A stretch of 63,481 bases of DNA, counting the filler, from Phoronis australis (Eukaryota > Animalia > Phoronida), in assembly GCA_002633005.1 (NCBI GenBank). It is 11 parts of 11 records of this genome, joined end to end, with 100 filler letters (N's around TTAATTAATTAA, not from the genome) between each part and the next. Parts side by side here need not be neighbours in the genome. Positions count along the whole stretch, not along the records: positions 37,103 to 50,551 come from NMRA01000884.1; positions 50,652 to 52,988 come from NMRA01003732.1; positions 53,089 to 62,217 come from NMRA01001680.1; 8 more parts are not named here. One strand, given 5' to 3'. Of this stretch, positions 46,099 through 58,972 are shown piece by piece. The notes under the pieces were generated by a model. The model had not been told where the DNA came from and ran no database searches. It saw only the letters and a list, made by a program, of their open reading frames with translations. Position numbers and translations under genes: made by a program. Numbering within the stretch: the first letter of the stretch is position 1; each line of letters begins with the position of its first letter.

Positions 46099-47705
46099 GA
46101 CCAATGACACGTTACATCTTGTAATCTAAAAATTACATAAAGTTTTCAATCGCTTAAACTTGCTGTCAAAAGATAACTGAGTCTGAGTTCCCTATACTCA
46201 CACCAACTACTTGTATAACAACTACTACCGGAAACAAGGAAACAGATCTTAATCCATTACGAGCTGGTCTATTCCTTAATTCTCAAAAAATCAACATACT
46301 TTTCAATACATGTCATTTTTTTTGTAAATGTGTATTCTTAGATTGTATAAGTCATTATTTCTTAAATGTCCTATCAACAGAATAGATCGTTTCCATCACT
46401 TCCATGCCCTTGATACAAATATTGATGTCACCTCCATTTACCACACCTTACCTACATGTAATAATAAACGTGCTTCATACTGTATTTACTTTATGGTTCA
46501 CATCATCTTAACTTAGATCTGGATATTTTTCCGATTAATTATCCACTTTCATTTATAATAATGAACTGAAATTTTTATTACTTAACAGCCTCATTGATAT
46601 AGCTTTTCTGTGCTTTTGTTTTTAAGTGTGCTTGTCTGTGTTTTTGCAAATAAACGTATTATGCTGTTTTTACTATAGGAATTGCCTCTTGTGAGTTTTA
46701 TATCTTTAAGAAATCATTTATTTTATATTGATTGTTATTATAATTTTTAATCTGCGTGCGGGCAGTGACTGTACCACTTTTTGTTCAATTTCTTAAGATC
46801 AAATGAACTGTTATCTAGTAAAAAAATCTGTTTCCGTGTCTAGTTTTAGTACTCGCAACCGTGCTCACCGTGGGGGAACAAACTAGACTCGCTGCTTCCC
46901 TACTTGTCTTCCAAGCACGCAGATACATGTACATGTGCATGTATCACGCAGTAGCTCGCGCTTTAGCATTGGTTGATGTAACCTCGGCAGTCATTGGTTA
47001 ACTTTGCAACACCCTGAAAAAATTGCGGATTATGAACGATTTTTAGCCTTGTCATGCAAGTGGCGTAGCAGCCACTATTTCGTTTCTGCAGTAACGGTTT
47101 AATAGCCACTTGCTTGAAGCACACACATGTGCAATAAATACATACAATTTATCCAGCCCAATTAACCGTGTGTAATTCATACTGTATAAATACAAGACAG
47201 TATCGTAAACAAAAGTCATGGACAGTAGAAAGATGCAATCCGAAAAGGCGCAACCACAAGTTCTGTGATTCAAGTTTCCTGACCATAAACTTTAAGCACC
47301 GATTCTTCTGTACAGCAGACCACCTTTACACTTCCTCCGCCAGTCATGCCAGTTTGTTTGTGTAAAGCGCTGCCAGTTGAGAATTCGACCTGCCAGTCAG
47401 AAACGTCGAGGAAAATTAAGTGATACCTGCATGTTGACTACTGACCACCCATTCAGGGAACCAGTGGGCATACTAGACAGATCTATACGGCCAATCGGAG
47501 GTTCAAAAGTCAAGTTTTTACCAATCCGTTTTTTGATTTGATGTTGAGACTTGTGTTTCAGTACTACTTTAGTAGAGCATGCATGGGCGGAGGAAGGGGC
47601 GCAGATAGAGGGGCGAGCGACCATTTATGAAGCTGTGGTGGTGCCCTAATTAAGAAGTAGTGGAATAAGCTACCATCCACAGACGTCCTCCTCTTTCCTA
47701 GTTTC

Positions 47706-48601
47706 CGGACTGTTCTGGTACCCCACAACCCTCGACCCACGACCCCCTCGACCCACAACCCCCACGACCCGTGACCCAACATCCCCTCGACCCCCAACCT
47801 GTGGCTGTGGCAATAGAGGTACATGTATCTGTGCGCCTTTTTACATATTTCATAATCTTATAACGTCGGTTGGTAACTTTCAAATAAAGCATCCCTTTAC
47901 ATGCGAGTCTGCTCTGGCTGAGTTCTGGTGATTAAAAACAGAAAGTGGCGTGAGAACGCCGATGGTCTTGAATAGTGCATTGTCAGCGCGCTATCGTTGT
48001 CACAAAAATAGTTCTACGAGCGGCTAATAAACGTAGGGAGAAAGTGCGTAAACTTGAATGTACATACATGCAAACTCGTAATTATTCTTATTATTTGCCT
48101 TATATTGTACACTCGTTTACAATACACTCCACATAACGTTGAAATACATTTTAATTAACAGTTAGTTTTTTTTCAAACTGTATTAACTGGTGGTTCCTCG
48201 AATTCTAAGCAAAAATGTCGAATCGGCAATTCACTGAAGAGCAGGCGAGACGATTACACTCTGCCGGAATCGATATATGAAAGGTTGGTAGTTTTTTTTT
48301 TGATTTGGTCGTGTTGTTTGTTTTCTGTTTTTAGTTTTCAAGCTTTCGAATCGACTGCCCTAATTACAAAAAAGAGGGAAAAGCTGAGCTCACGGCCCAA
48401 CTCATTGGTCCTACAAGTCAGCGCTTGTTCTATGTTCAGATCGGGTAGAGCTTGTGTAGACTGGATCGAAGGCGCTGTGTGTCGTGGGTCAATGGTGTCG
48501 AGGGTCGTGAGTCGTGGGTCGAAGTACGTGTGGATCGAGGGGGTCGTGGGTCAAGGGGTGTGGGGGTCGAGGGGGTCGAGTGGATTTCAGAACAATCCCA
48601 G
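47706..48601. mobile_element. Non-autonomous TIR element with (CTCGACCC/CACGACCC)n subterminal arrays in inverted orientation
   Basis: GGACTGTTCTG...(CTCGACCCACGACCC) at left, (GGGTCGTG/GGGTCGAG)...CAGAACAATCC at right. Confidence 0.7.
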
Positions 48602-49860
48602 GTTTCCTAAGTGAAATTTAATGTTTGTGTAAAAAGGGCTTAAGCTTTTTGATGAATTTGCCTGGATGGTGGTTATGGGAGTCCACTCACAGGCTTTTTC
48701 TGAATCGGATATTGATCGGACTGGAGGTACTGTCTGTGAGGTTTCGGGCTGAAGGTGTCCCAAAACTGATTCTCCTTCATCTACATGTACAGGTAAGCCT
48801 AGGAACATGTGCCTGATTTTTGCCACAACGTGACACCTGTTACAATTTCGTCTAGTATTGTATCAAGATCTCCTTGAATTATTTTTCGGCGTAGTGCGTA
48901 TATGTACACGTATGTAGAGCTGGTAACTGTGTGACGGCTTAGCTTAGTGAAACACTGACTGATTGGAGCATGACTGGTCATTCCTTCCACTGCGCAAAGA
49001 CCAGTTAAGACAGATGTGAAAGTTGCATTGGTTTTTCAGGGTGCTGGAGTTCCAGTCCTATCTGACGACAGTTTATGTTTTTTTCATTGGTTGTTTGCCC
49101 ACATCGGCTTTACGTCTAGCCAGCTAGGCAATATTTTGACATGGGCAACACTTGTTCCCTTAAAGCTGTCTTCGTTGACCGACTCCATCAAGATTTGTAA
49201 CTGTCAACAGCATTACACACCAGAGAGCACGATTACAGACAATGCGTTTCGCTTGATCAACCCAGTGTTGTTGGGGGTATTGCGGCGTACAGTAGTGCTG
49301 GTGAGATGACATGACAAAAAGCCGCCACGAAGTTATTGCGTTCTACGAGTAGCCATAGCAAATTGTATTGCGCATAAAACGATATACATGTAGCTTTATA
49401 TCATGAACTTTTTATATAGGCAGGGAATCACTCACGTGAGTGCGCTTTTTATTTTTAGAAAGGTTGAATGAGGTTTATTTTGAAGTTAAGACTATTAGTT
49501 TTGTCACAGATCCTTACTACAATTAGGTTGAGCAAATCACTGCTGAATAAAATTGCCAAGTTTTATATTATCTGCAACTTACTATAAAAAGTAATTTTAG
49601 TCAGATAGCTCACACCAGTCTCTGGAAACCAAACCAATTACCAGGTTAGCAAATAATAACCAATTGGACAAACCCTAGCTGGGATTATTCAAGAACACCA
49701 GGGCCCAGTTGCATAAAAATTACACGCCGTATAGCAACAATCCCATTAGCACTCGTCGGCGTTGTTATTGTTGAACAATGCATTTGACGTCACGCAACAA
49801 TCAAACTTATCCAGCGAATAATTTTGAGGTTCATTTTTTGCAACTCAGAGGAGGATACAT

Positions 49861-50551
49861 ATAGATTATTACATGGCGAAGTCGTTATCCCCCGTTATCT
49901 AGAGCCCGAGTGAACTTTGGAGAATTATCGCCCGAGGGGCGTCAGCCCCGAGGGTGATAATTCTCCAAAATCCACGAGGGCTCTAGATAAGGGGGATAAC
50001 GGCTGAGAACATGTAATAATCTATTTATACCACATACTAAACGAGAAACATTGCAATGAATCGATTTACCTTTTCTGACTCTCCTCGGCTTTGTAACTAC
50101 TTTCTATGTCAGAGGCCCCAGGTCGGAGGTCGTGACCTTTTAAGAAAAGCCGGGCTATTTTTGTCAAATAATGCTTTTACTCAAAACCAATTGAAAACTT
50201 AAATATAATAGAAATAAACTGAATTTATAAATTAACGTTTACCAACTATTATAGCTTAAAACACGATTTTTTCACGCTAAGCTTCGACCGGGAAATTATC
50301 GTCTGCTAAAGTAGGTTACCACTGGTAACTGAATATAATTTTCAAGCCAAAGATCCTGACGACACGATACCCGCATTCAAACTGGAGATCGGTGATTTAC
50401 AAGTAAGAGGACATGAGAGAAATATTTCATTGAATTAAGATATCATTTTTATGGAAATTATGTGTCTTATTTTCCGTAGCGTATACGTACAGTACAATGC
50501 GGTTTGTTGAACGTGCGATTATTGCGCGTGCTCATTTAAGTATTCTATTTT
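49861..50551. mobile_element. Hairpin-ended element, copy 2 (inverted relative to 31700-32557; cut by contig end)
   Basis: Near-identical reverse complement, including the ~164-bp palindrome at 49861-50024. Confidence 0.8.
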
Positions 50552-51028
50552 NNNNNNNNNNNNNNNNNNNNNNNNNNNNNNNNNNNNNNNNNNNNTTAAT
50601 TAATTAANNNNNNNNNNNNNNNNNNNNNNNNNNNNNNNNNNNNNNNNNNNNGGGCCGCTAATAGCTAACCACCAAATTATAGGACTTATAGTTTTCAAAT
50701 TTTCCACTTTTGCATGAGGGGGCTATCAAAAAATAAGACTGATTTTTATGAATACTACAAACTTGTCAATGGAACAGTAATTAACTCAGGAATTTTTCTT
50801 TACAAGATAATTAATGAACTTAACAGTCTAATAAATCTAGCAACAAAAATGGTTACATTCCCTTTAAAAGTAAGACTTTCGACACTATAGTCTTGATCCT
50901 AATTTTAATGGAGCTGGCGATTGCAGTATCACATATCCTCAGTTTTTCATCTCAATTTCACCACAGACTGAAACTGAGCATACTCAAGTCAAAGTATACA
51001 GCATTGTATAGAACAGCGTTGAGCTCAC

Positions 51029-51129
51029 CTTCTCATCAAGTGTAGAGCTGTTGCAAAGGCCCATGTGTCTGTAACATGACCCATGAACCTGGACAGGAAG
51101 CACACTATTGTAGGCCATCCCAGGATCAT
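51029..51129 (-). CDS. Exon of unidentified gene (DDPGMAYNSVLPVQVHGSCYRHMGLCNSSTLDEK)
   Basis: tttag acceptor, gtgag donor. Phase matches the 52482 donor. Confidence 0.65.
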
Positions 51130-52062
51130 CTAAAGGAATAACAAGGCAATGCAAGAACATTGACTTCGTAAGTCAACAGCACCATATAATTATAATCTTA
51201 CTGATATCTAGTCTGAAGTATCTCCACATATTACCACATAACGTATCTCCAGAATAAAAAAGCATGGCATTATCTTGTAATATCAGACATCAAAAGTAAT
51301 GCCTAGCGAACAGATGATATTTTTCGTAACAGTGTTCCATTTCTGCTGTTTCCCTTACTCATAAATAATAAAAACGATTCAGCAGACTCATGACATGTTA
51401 CTTCATGGCAAATCTTGATGAGCCGACTCGTGGTGGAGTCGTCCGGTTACCAAACACTACAATTAATGTTGTGTATAATCGTAATATAAGTCTTCTTCGG
51501 ATGTATTGATCACAAATATAACACGATAGAAAACATAATTAGGGGAGGGTGATTAGTACCCTTAAACGCCCCTCTGAATTTTCAACACTTAGTCACCTTC
51601 GGATGCTCATATCTCTATAATTCAGCTTAACGGCAACACCATTATTTTTGAGTTTTGTACTAAGACGCCCTAGCCATTGACACCCGATGGATATGGCATA
51701 CAAATAAAACGGTGAAACATGGAGATTACCTGAACACACCTTTGCACACATGCTCACTCAATATTGTGAATACAGTTCAAAACAAACAGTATTTAGCGAC
51801 TTTGCTTACCGGGTCTACAGCAAGCAATAAGTTTTAAACGCAATGCACATAAAACACACAGATTCATCACAGACTAGTCCTGTTTGGCTGATAAGATTAA
51901 AATATACGATTCTTCCTAGACACTTTCTGTCACTATCTGAAAACTAGACCAAATAACGGAACAAATAACGAAATAGTATCAGGAGAGCCGCAAACCAACA
52001 GTGACTGATAATGATTCATGTTGCACAAGTTGAAGCTACTCTTCCTCCCACAAATATGTTCA

Positions 52063-52176
52063 TTAACCCTTATGTTAATTAACCCTTATGCTAATTAACC
52101 CACATGTTAATTAACCCACATGTTAATTAACCCAATTTAATTAACTCACATGTTAATTAATCTACATGTAAATTAA
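52063..52176. repeat. 16-bp AT-rich minisatellite (TTAACCC(T/A)(T/C)ATGTTAA)
   Basis: About 7 tandem units. Confidence 0.85.
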
Positions 52177-52333
52177 TGAACCGGAGTTAAGAATATCCTT
52201 GCCATTATAGTGTGGGTTTCAACATTCAGATGGAACTCAGAGATTACCAAACTAGCATTAGCATTAAAGCAACAACCACAAAAGGCACTGTTCATAAACC
52301 CATGCCGCTTTGCTACCATTATAATACAAGCTT

Positions 52334-52480
52334 ATAATTCACAGATAATTCACTATGATAACCCCCTCCCACTTTGCCACCATTATAATACAAATTTATA
52401 ATTCACAGATAATTCACTATGATAAGCCCCTCCCACTTAAAAATCACAGATAATTCGCTATGATAAGCCCCTCCCACTTA
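52334..52480. repeat. Three tandem copies of TCACAGATAATTCACTATGATAA(C/G)CCCCTCCCACTT next to a splice donor
   Basis: Copies at ~52338, 52403 and 52444. Confidence 0.8.
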
Positions 52481-52481
52481 C

Positions 52482-52988
52482 CATCCATATCGATGACTGC
52501 CTCCTCCTCCCCCTCTCTCTCGTAATACTGTCTTATAGAGTAGGTGAAACACTGACTATCATTGTGGAGGACCAGAGGACTGTTCAAACACGAACTACAA
52601 GTACTGAATGCATCCGTAGTGGACGGAGAAAGGCAAATATCACGACCCAGCTCAAAGCTCTGTCTACTCATCGAAGAGTCAGGACGAGTTAACGGTGCTG
52701 GCAATGATATACTGATCTCTCTGTTAATGTCTAATCGCGGCGGACGGTGGTGAACTCGCAGAAGAATATTTGGTGTGGGAAATTCACCCAAACAGTCTGT
52801 ACCGGTGGCCCTACAAGGGTCTGGACTGTTCTCGAAATCGTACGGGTCTCGCTTGTGAGATTTGATACCAGAGGGAGTGATGGATATTTCCCGGCCACAG
52901 TCTAGATGTTTTCTCATGATGGGAGCCGAGTCCGTGCCAACACTCTTATCACTCATCAGCTGTGTGGCGCACAAATTTTCCTGGTCCT
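52482..52988 (-). CDS. Large exon of unidentified Ser-rich protein (truncated by contig end)
   Basis: Open for 507 nt to a gtaagt donor, higher GC than the flanks, splices in frame to 51129. Confidence 0.7.
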
Positions 52989-53225
52989 NNNNNNNNNNNN
53001 NNNNNNNNNNNNNNNNNNNNNNNNNNNNNNNNTTAATTAATTAANNNNNNNNNNNNNNNNNNNNNNNNNNNNNNNNNNNNNNNNNNNNTCTGTATTTGGC
53101 TAAAAAAATCTGTATTTTTGTGTCAAAGAGTCTGTATTTCAATCAAAAGGGGTTGGCAGCTCTGTTTTACTGGCAGACAATCGAGCGTAGCACAAATGTG
53201 TCTCCTACTCCTCTGAGTTTGGTCT

Positions 53226-53290
53226 TACTACTGAGGGTATTCATTTTACTAGTGAGGGTATTCATTTTACTACTGAGGGTATTCATTTTA
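53226..53290. repeat. 21-bp minisatellite x3 (TACTACTGAGGGTATTCATTT)
   Basis: Seen directly. Confidence 0.85.
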
Positions 53291-55516
53291 TGGAAGTGAA
53301 TAACAACCTTGATATAATGCGGAAGTGGTTTCTGGGGCAGTACTCATATTAAAACAATTTTTGTTTTTTGGAGTTTGTCTCAAATTATGCCAAATTTGAT
53401 GAAGGAATTATATAATTTGATAGATGAGGTTACACAATTTTCAGATGGCTAGCACTGCAGTAGTAGACTCGGTTTAAATTCACACTAGTTAACTCTAGTG
53501 CTTAGTCATGGATGGATACATTATACCCCTTGTTTCTTTGCCATTTGTGATGCACATTGTGGGCGCATATCAACAAACTGTGCTGTTCATATTTTATTTG
53601 ACTATGCATGAAATGGTTAACCATCATGTCACTGTAGCAGTTCAGTCAGACAACTAGTGTGCATTTCATGTGAAATATAATACTGAAATCCTCCTGTGAA
53701 GCCATTGACTGGTTTTCATGTATAACCCTTTTTCAACACTTCTGTAAGGTTATCTTTAAAGGAAGTATAATTTGTTGTCATTGTATTAAAGAGTGATCAA
53801 TCCTATTTTGATCCAGTTTGCAGAATGAATGAGTTAGAGTGCTATTTTCACTTTCTTGATTTTATAGTTATTTTTGTTGCCCTTATTGTTAACATTCCAT
53901 AGCTTTTATTTTTTTGTTTAAGTGCACAGACACTTTGATAGTTGTTTATTCCAGACATATGTTCAGACTGGTGAATTAGCAGATAGGTATCTATTGTAAA
54001 CATAGGTATCTATGGTAAACACAATGTTAAGATTGTTAAAATGGGAAGTGCAGGGTGTAAGGGATTGTTGTTTATAACACGGTTGTTTGGTGCAAGTTAC
54101 GACAAGAATTATTGTACAATGCAAACTATGTTTATATTTATATATGCCAGTTGAAATTCTGAATTTGTTTTTGTGGCAATGGCATTAACTTAACAGTATA
54201 TGTCAAGTCACTGTGTGGAAAAAATTGTCGAAGCTCAATCCATCCTTCAAAGTTTAAAATTATTATTGATAATATTTAAATTCACAATGAAATATTTATA
54301 TCTTTGAGCATTTTTTTCATTTTTGCTTATGTCTGTCCCCACATTTTGCTTGAAAGTTGTAAATTTTACAGTTCTTTGGGAACGTTGGATGCAGGATTTT
54401 TTCTCCATAAGAGAACAGAATTTATACTCTGTCATGACTGTCTTTTATTAACTTATTTCCTTTATGAGATTTAACATTGTGTTGCTTTTGGTAAATACTT
54501 ATATAATATTTATTTTGTTAAAAGTAACACTGTCATTTTGTACGATTTTTTCTTTAAACTGAGCTTTAAAGAATATGTGATCCCAGAAGTTATTTCAAGA
54601 AGGTGTAATTTTTGAAGGTTTCGTTTTGCTCTGTACTTATTCCCATACCATTCAACCAAAGTATTCGTTTTCTGATACTTGTACAGTGTATTCAAAACAG
54701 GTGCCAGTTGATGTTGATTTCACACATGGTATTTTTGTGTTAATTATAAAAGTTATTAATCAAATAATTGTCAAATAAAAATATTTTGTCTTCAGCTGTT
54801 TTTGCTTTGTGTTTGACTATGACCCAGAAAAGTTCACTCTGATCTTAGTTTTCTTGAACCGTAAAACTGCCTTGAGTGGCAGCTTTAATGAATGGCCTCC
54901 AGTCTTCATTTAACAATATTACATCGATTGCAGAGTATGAAAAAGCATTTTAAAACCACCGAGTCTTGCAAAATGAAGTGTTTGTTTCTCCTCGCGCAAC
55001 TGATCGTTGTGGGAACCTTAAAACATTTTCGTTTTCATGTGAAAAAGAAAATTTGCAAGGTATATGATCCCTTCACCATGAGAAAAGATTTTAGCTGCCA
55101 ATTGAGCTACCTATCTGTCTCCCCGGCCTTTAGGTTAGGCCAGTGTAAACACAAAATACGTAAAGAATGGACTTGCCGCATTAATTTAATTATTTGTCGA
55201 AACCTATAGGCGTCGTCTCTTGCGTGGCTTTTATTCTTAAATCCTATCGGATCTTTTTGATGAGTTTAAATCTTGTATAAAAGTGGCTAGACACGGATGT
55301 GCCCCCTATTCAATTTTAGTTTGTTTATATTCTGTTCTCATTTGACCCACAGGGTGCCAAACTTCATGGGACAATTTTAAGAGTTATGATTCACATCGAA
55401 TCGCTTCGAATGCGGTCTGCCTTCTTTCGATTCGATTTTGCAGTGGGCGTGCATCAGAGCATCAGTGCGTAATTCGCGGTGAGCCATTACCTCAGGGGCA
55501 AATCCCAATCAAGGTC

Positions 55517-58010
55517 CATATTCGGTGGCCACTTTTGGTGAAAAATGAAGGTTGTCATATAAATGTAAAAGCTGGGTTATTTTAAAGTGCCATCATTCCA
55601 GGTTTGGAATCTAAAATATTTTTGCACAAGAACCACCGAATAAAATTTTATGGCCTAATGCATCGAAGTTGCATAAAAGGATACGTACACTACAACTTGT
55701 GGTCACAGCCCACTTCTATCATGCAAAAATTCATAAGGTAGCTGTTAATTTAGTAAGTTCTTGATCAAACTGAAGAAGTATCACATACTAAAGTAAGAAA
55801 AATTATTACCGTGCTGATCAAGTTATTCTAGATGATGATACATTGCATGTCTTAACACGGTATAATGAGAACTTCTTCTCTTGCAATATGATTCTTACAA
55901 AAAGAAAATGACAGGTATCAACTTTTTTCAAAAACTTTATTGGTGCTATTTGCCTAGTTTTCAACACATTCATCAGTTTGTCAAAATAGTTAAAGCAATG
56001 TTAGTCCCAGTGTTCAGCTTGTAAACAGTAAAAATGGTATTGGTTGGGGGGTACGTACACTACGCTCAGTCGATCAACGTCAAATTTTGACTAAGTTACA
56101 AATGTATGGGATGATCTTGAGTTTTGTGCTGCCTCTATTTGTTGTTTTGTTTCAAGACAGCGAACCTGCCTCTGCAACATCAGTTGTCACATGACATGTC
56201 TTTTAGGATGTTACTAGCCAAGACCTGTGTGGCATTTTATTTCCCACAAATTTAATAATGTCCATTGTTTTTTTTTTGTTTTGTCAGACTGGATGCATTT
56301 TGGAAATATCAGTATTGTTCATGAGAACAGCAGTATATAGAGGTTGGAGGTACGTACACTACACAGGGGTACGTACACTACATTTCAATGACTTGTCAGG
56401 TTTATAAAAATACTTAGAATCTACTGAGAGTTAGTTCACTTACCAAATCTATTCAAAGAGAACAAACAAAAAGTACAGCATAAATGTGAATATCTGTCTG
56501 TCATTCTTTGAAAACAGGCACATGTTAAAATCTAGGGGTACGCACACTACACAAATGCTAATATTTCACTCAAAACAAATGCATTTGTAATTAACACCCT
56601 TTTAACCTAGCTTTTTAATGGAGGAAACTGTGTGATAAACGTAGCATACTTACCGTGTAATATTTTTGTTTCCACATCGGGATCTGTACACTACACAGGG
56701 CTACGTGCCACTACATTTCAATGACATGTCAGGTTTGTAACTAAATACTAAGAATCTACTGAGAGTTAGTTGATTTACTAAATCAATACAAAGAGAAAAG
56801 ATAAAAGGCACAGCATTCATGCGCATATTTGCCATACTTTGAAATTGGGCACAAATTAAAATATGGGGGTACGTACACTACACAAATGCTAATATTTCAC
56901 TCAAAACAAATGTATTTGCAATAAACACCCTTTTAACCTAACATTTTTAAGGAAGGAAACTGTCTATGACCAATGTTGCTCACTTACCAAGTGATATTTC
57001 AATTTCATGGCATTTGTAAACATGATGAGGGTACGTACACTACATCAGTGTTTCTGCATCATATGGTAACATAATGTTGTGGCCATTTATTTTTATTTTT
57101 CTTTGGTGATAATAAGCACCATGTTGTTATTTAAAAGGCAATAATTTCATTTGCAATGACCAATTGTGTTATTGAATTTCACATTAGGGTACGTACACAA
57201 CATTTTGTTAGCCTTTTTGGTCCATTTTCACCATAGCAAAACCCATTCAATGTCAAAACTTTTGGTTTGTTTAGATATTGAATAATTTACTGTTTTGCCA
57301 AGACTAACATATTCTGCAGTTCTTTTTATTACAGAGTGTGAAATTTAGTTTTTAACCCTCTTTACAGTAGTTGAGGGTTAGAAACGCATAATTCACAAAT
57401 TTCGTAACGAGTGCCTGTTTTATAATGAACTCTACCATTTCTCAATGATTAAGCACAACTTCGTCTAAGTGATTCTGAAAGTGACTCAAGTTATTCCCAA
57501 CCATATCAAAGTAATTGCTTACTTAATAAAATAAATTTCTTTTCTACTGTTGACAGTTGAAAATAGTAATTTTTAAAATGGCCACTCGTAACGCTAAACT
57601 CGAGGCATGAAATTCATATAGACAAAAACATGCATAAATTTCTCAAACATTGTCATTTTGATGATTCTTTTTATAATTTGCACAACTAAATAACTCTTTG
57701 CATATGAGATTCACTGGCATTTGTTAGTAAGTGACCAAAAAAATTATTTTAGACCGTAGCACAGTCAACTCTTGATCATTGTGATTTAGCTGACAGCCAA
57801 AAGCAACACGCGCGATTCAGTAAATTGTTGGTGATATTTGCCGTCTGAACCTAATATGGGAAAAGTTTGAAATAGGTTGTATCTGTGGTCTGAACGGCAC
57901 TGATGCATTTCAATCAATGATTTTAACCAAACTCCACAGCCAGTGAGTATCCATGCGCGCACCCAGCTTTAAATATGGGGGGCTCGAATTCACCCTGACG
58001 TTGTGGACCT
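55517..58010. mobile_element. Putative non-autonomous DNA element with nine same-strand GTACGTACACTAC motifs and a ~340-bp internal duplication
   Basis: Motif at ~55680, 56051, 56350, 56368, 56538, 56686, 56869, 57031 and 57189. 56352-56665 resembles 56686-57000. Short possible TIR AAGGTCCA/TGGACCTT. Confidence 0.5.
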
Positions 58011-58298
58011 TTTGCTAACAAAGACCGGGCGGCCGCATGGGGCTAAAAAAAAAATGCCGCGGAGTACCCTGAATTGCAAGGGACTTTAGTCCCATTTTCT
58101 CGGACTTCTTGTCTCTCATGGACGGACCCGTTTTTGCCCACTTCGCCAAATGGGGGGCTCGTTCGAGCCCGAGCCCCCCATCGAGCTGCTTTTCATTTGT
58201 CAGGTTCTGAATGCAGTCCCGGACGGTTAGTCAAGAAACAGGCGAAATTGTAACATGTGCCCGTTGGCCTGTGTTATAGTACTTAAGGCAACCATCCC

Positions 58299-58365
58299 GG
58301 TAGGCAATGACCATCGCCTCTGTTGGCCCGAACAGTCGGGCCAGAGGCGATGGTCATTGCCTACC
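58299..58365. repeat. GC-rich hairpin, 24-bp perfect outer arms
   Basis: GGTAGGCAATGACCATCGCCTCTG ... CAGAGGCGATGGTCATTGCCTACC, with inner GGCCCGA/TCGGGCC. Confidence 0.9.
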
Positions 58366-58968
58366 ATCACGGCGGCTCAGTGGGCGGGTGCCGGGACTGA
58401 GTCCCGCGGGGTATCGGATGATTTTTTTAGGGCGGCGCAATAAGAACAAGCGCGCCTTTTAGGCTCACTCAGTCTCCGTAGCAAACTTCTTGAACAAGTT
58501 TAAAACAGTAGCGATTAAAAATCCGCAATTTCAACAGTCACAAATGTACTTATAGAACGTGTGACCACAGAGGGTTGTGGTGTGAGACTCTGCCACAACC
58601 TGACAGTCAGTGGCCAGCACTACCCAGGACTGAGCCGCGGATTTTAATTAAAATTCATGACGGCGGTGGTTGATCCGTTCTGTATTACAGAAACATCAGT
58701 TCCTGTGCAAAGTAAATGTGCTTTTTAAGCTTAGCCTAAACCATGGAATCATCGGTTGATGCACGCATGTTTTCTTCTTCGCAAACCCATTTGTTTTCGT
58801 GGCCTTTGATCAATCTTTCGCGCACCTGCTCATAGCGCCACCTGTTGATGACAGTTATTGCCAGGTGTGGTAAATATGATTTTCTGTTTCGCTGTGTAGG
58901 CTTTGTGGTCTGGATAATATTTGCTCGTTAGAGGCCATTACTTATAAACAAGACGCTGTAGTTCAGCC

Positions 58969-58972
58969 ATGG
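58969..58972 (+). CDS. M6: M6/proteolipid-family gene, first coding exon (ATG G)
   Basis: CAGCCATGG|GTAAGT. Phase 1 fits exon 2, giving MGCVECL. A 4-nt first coding exon is the known PLP-family arrangement. Confidence 0.75.

Noticed and set aside
53290-54830. Long 3'UTR with a polyadenylation site (AATAAA at ~54774 followed by a GT-rich tract)
   Set aside because: Plausible from composition, but there is no coding exon on this contig to anchor it and AATAAA is common in AT-rich DNA.
55680-57200. GTACGTACACTAC repeats as a CRISPR-like array
   Set aside because: The motif is too short, spacing is very irregular (18 to ~370 bp), and the intervening DNA is itself duplicated.
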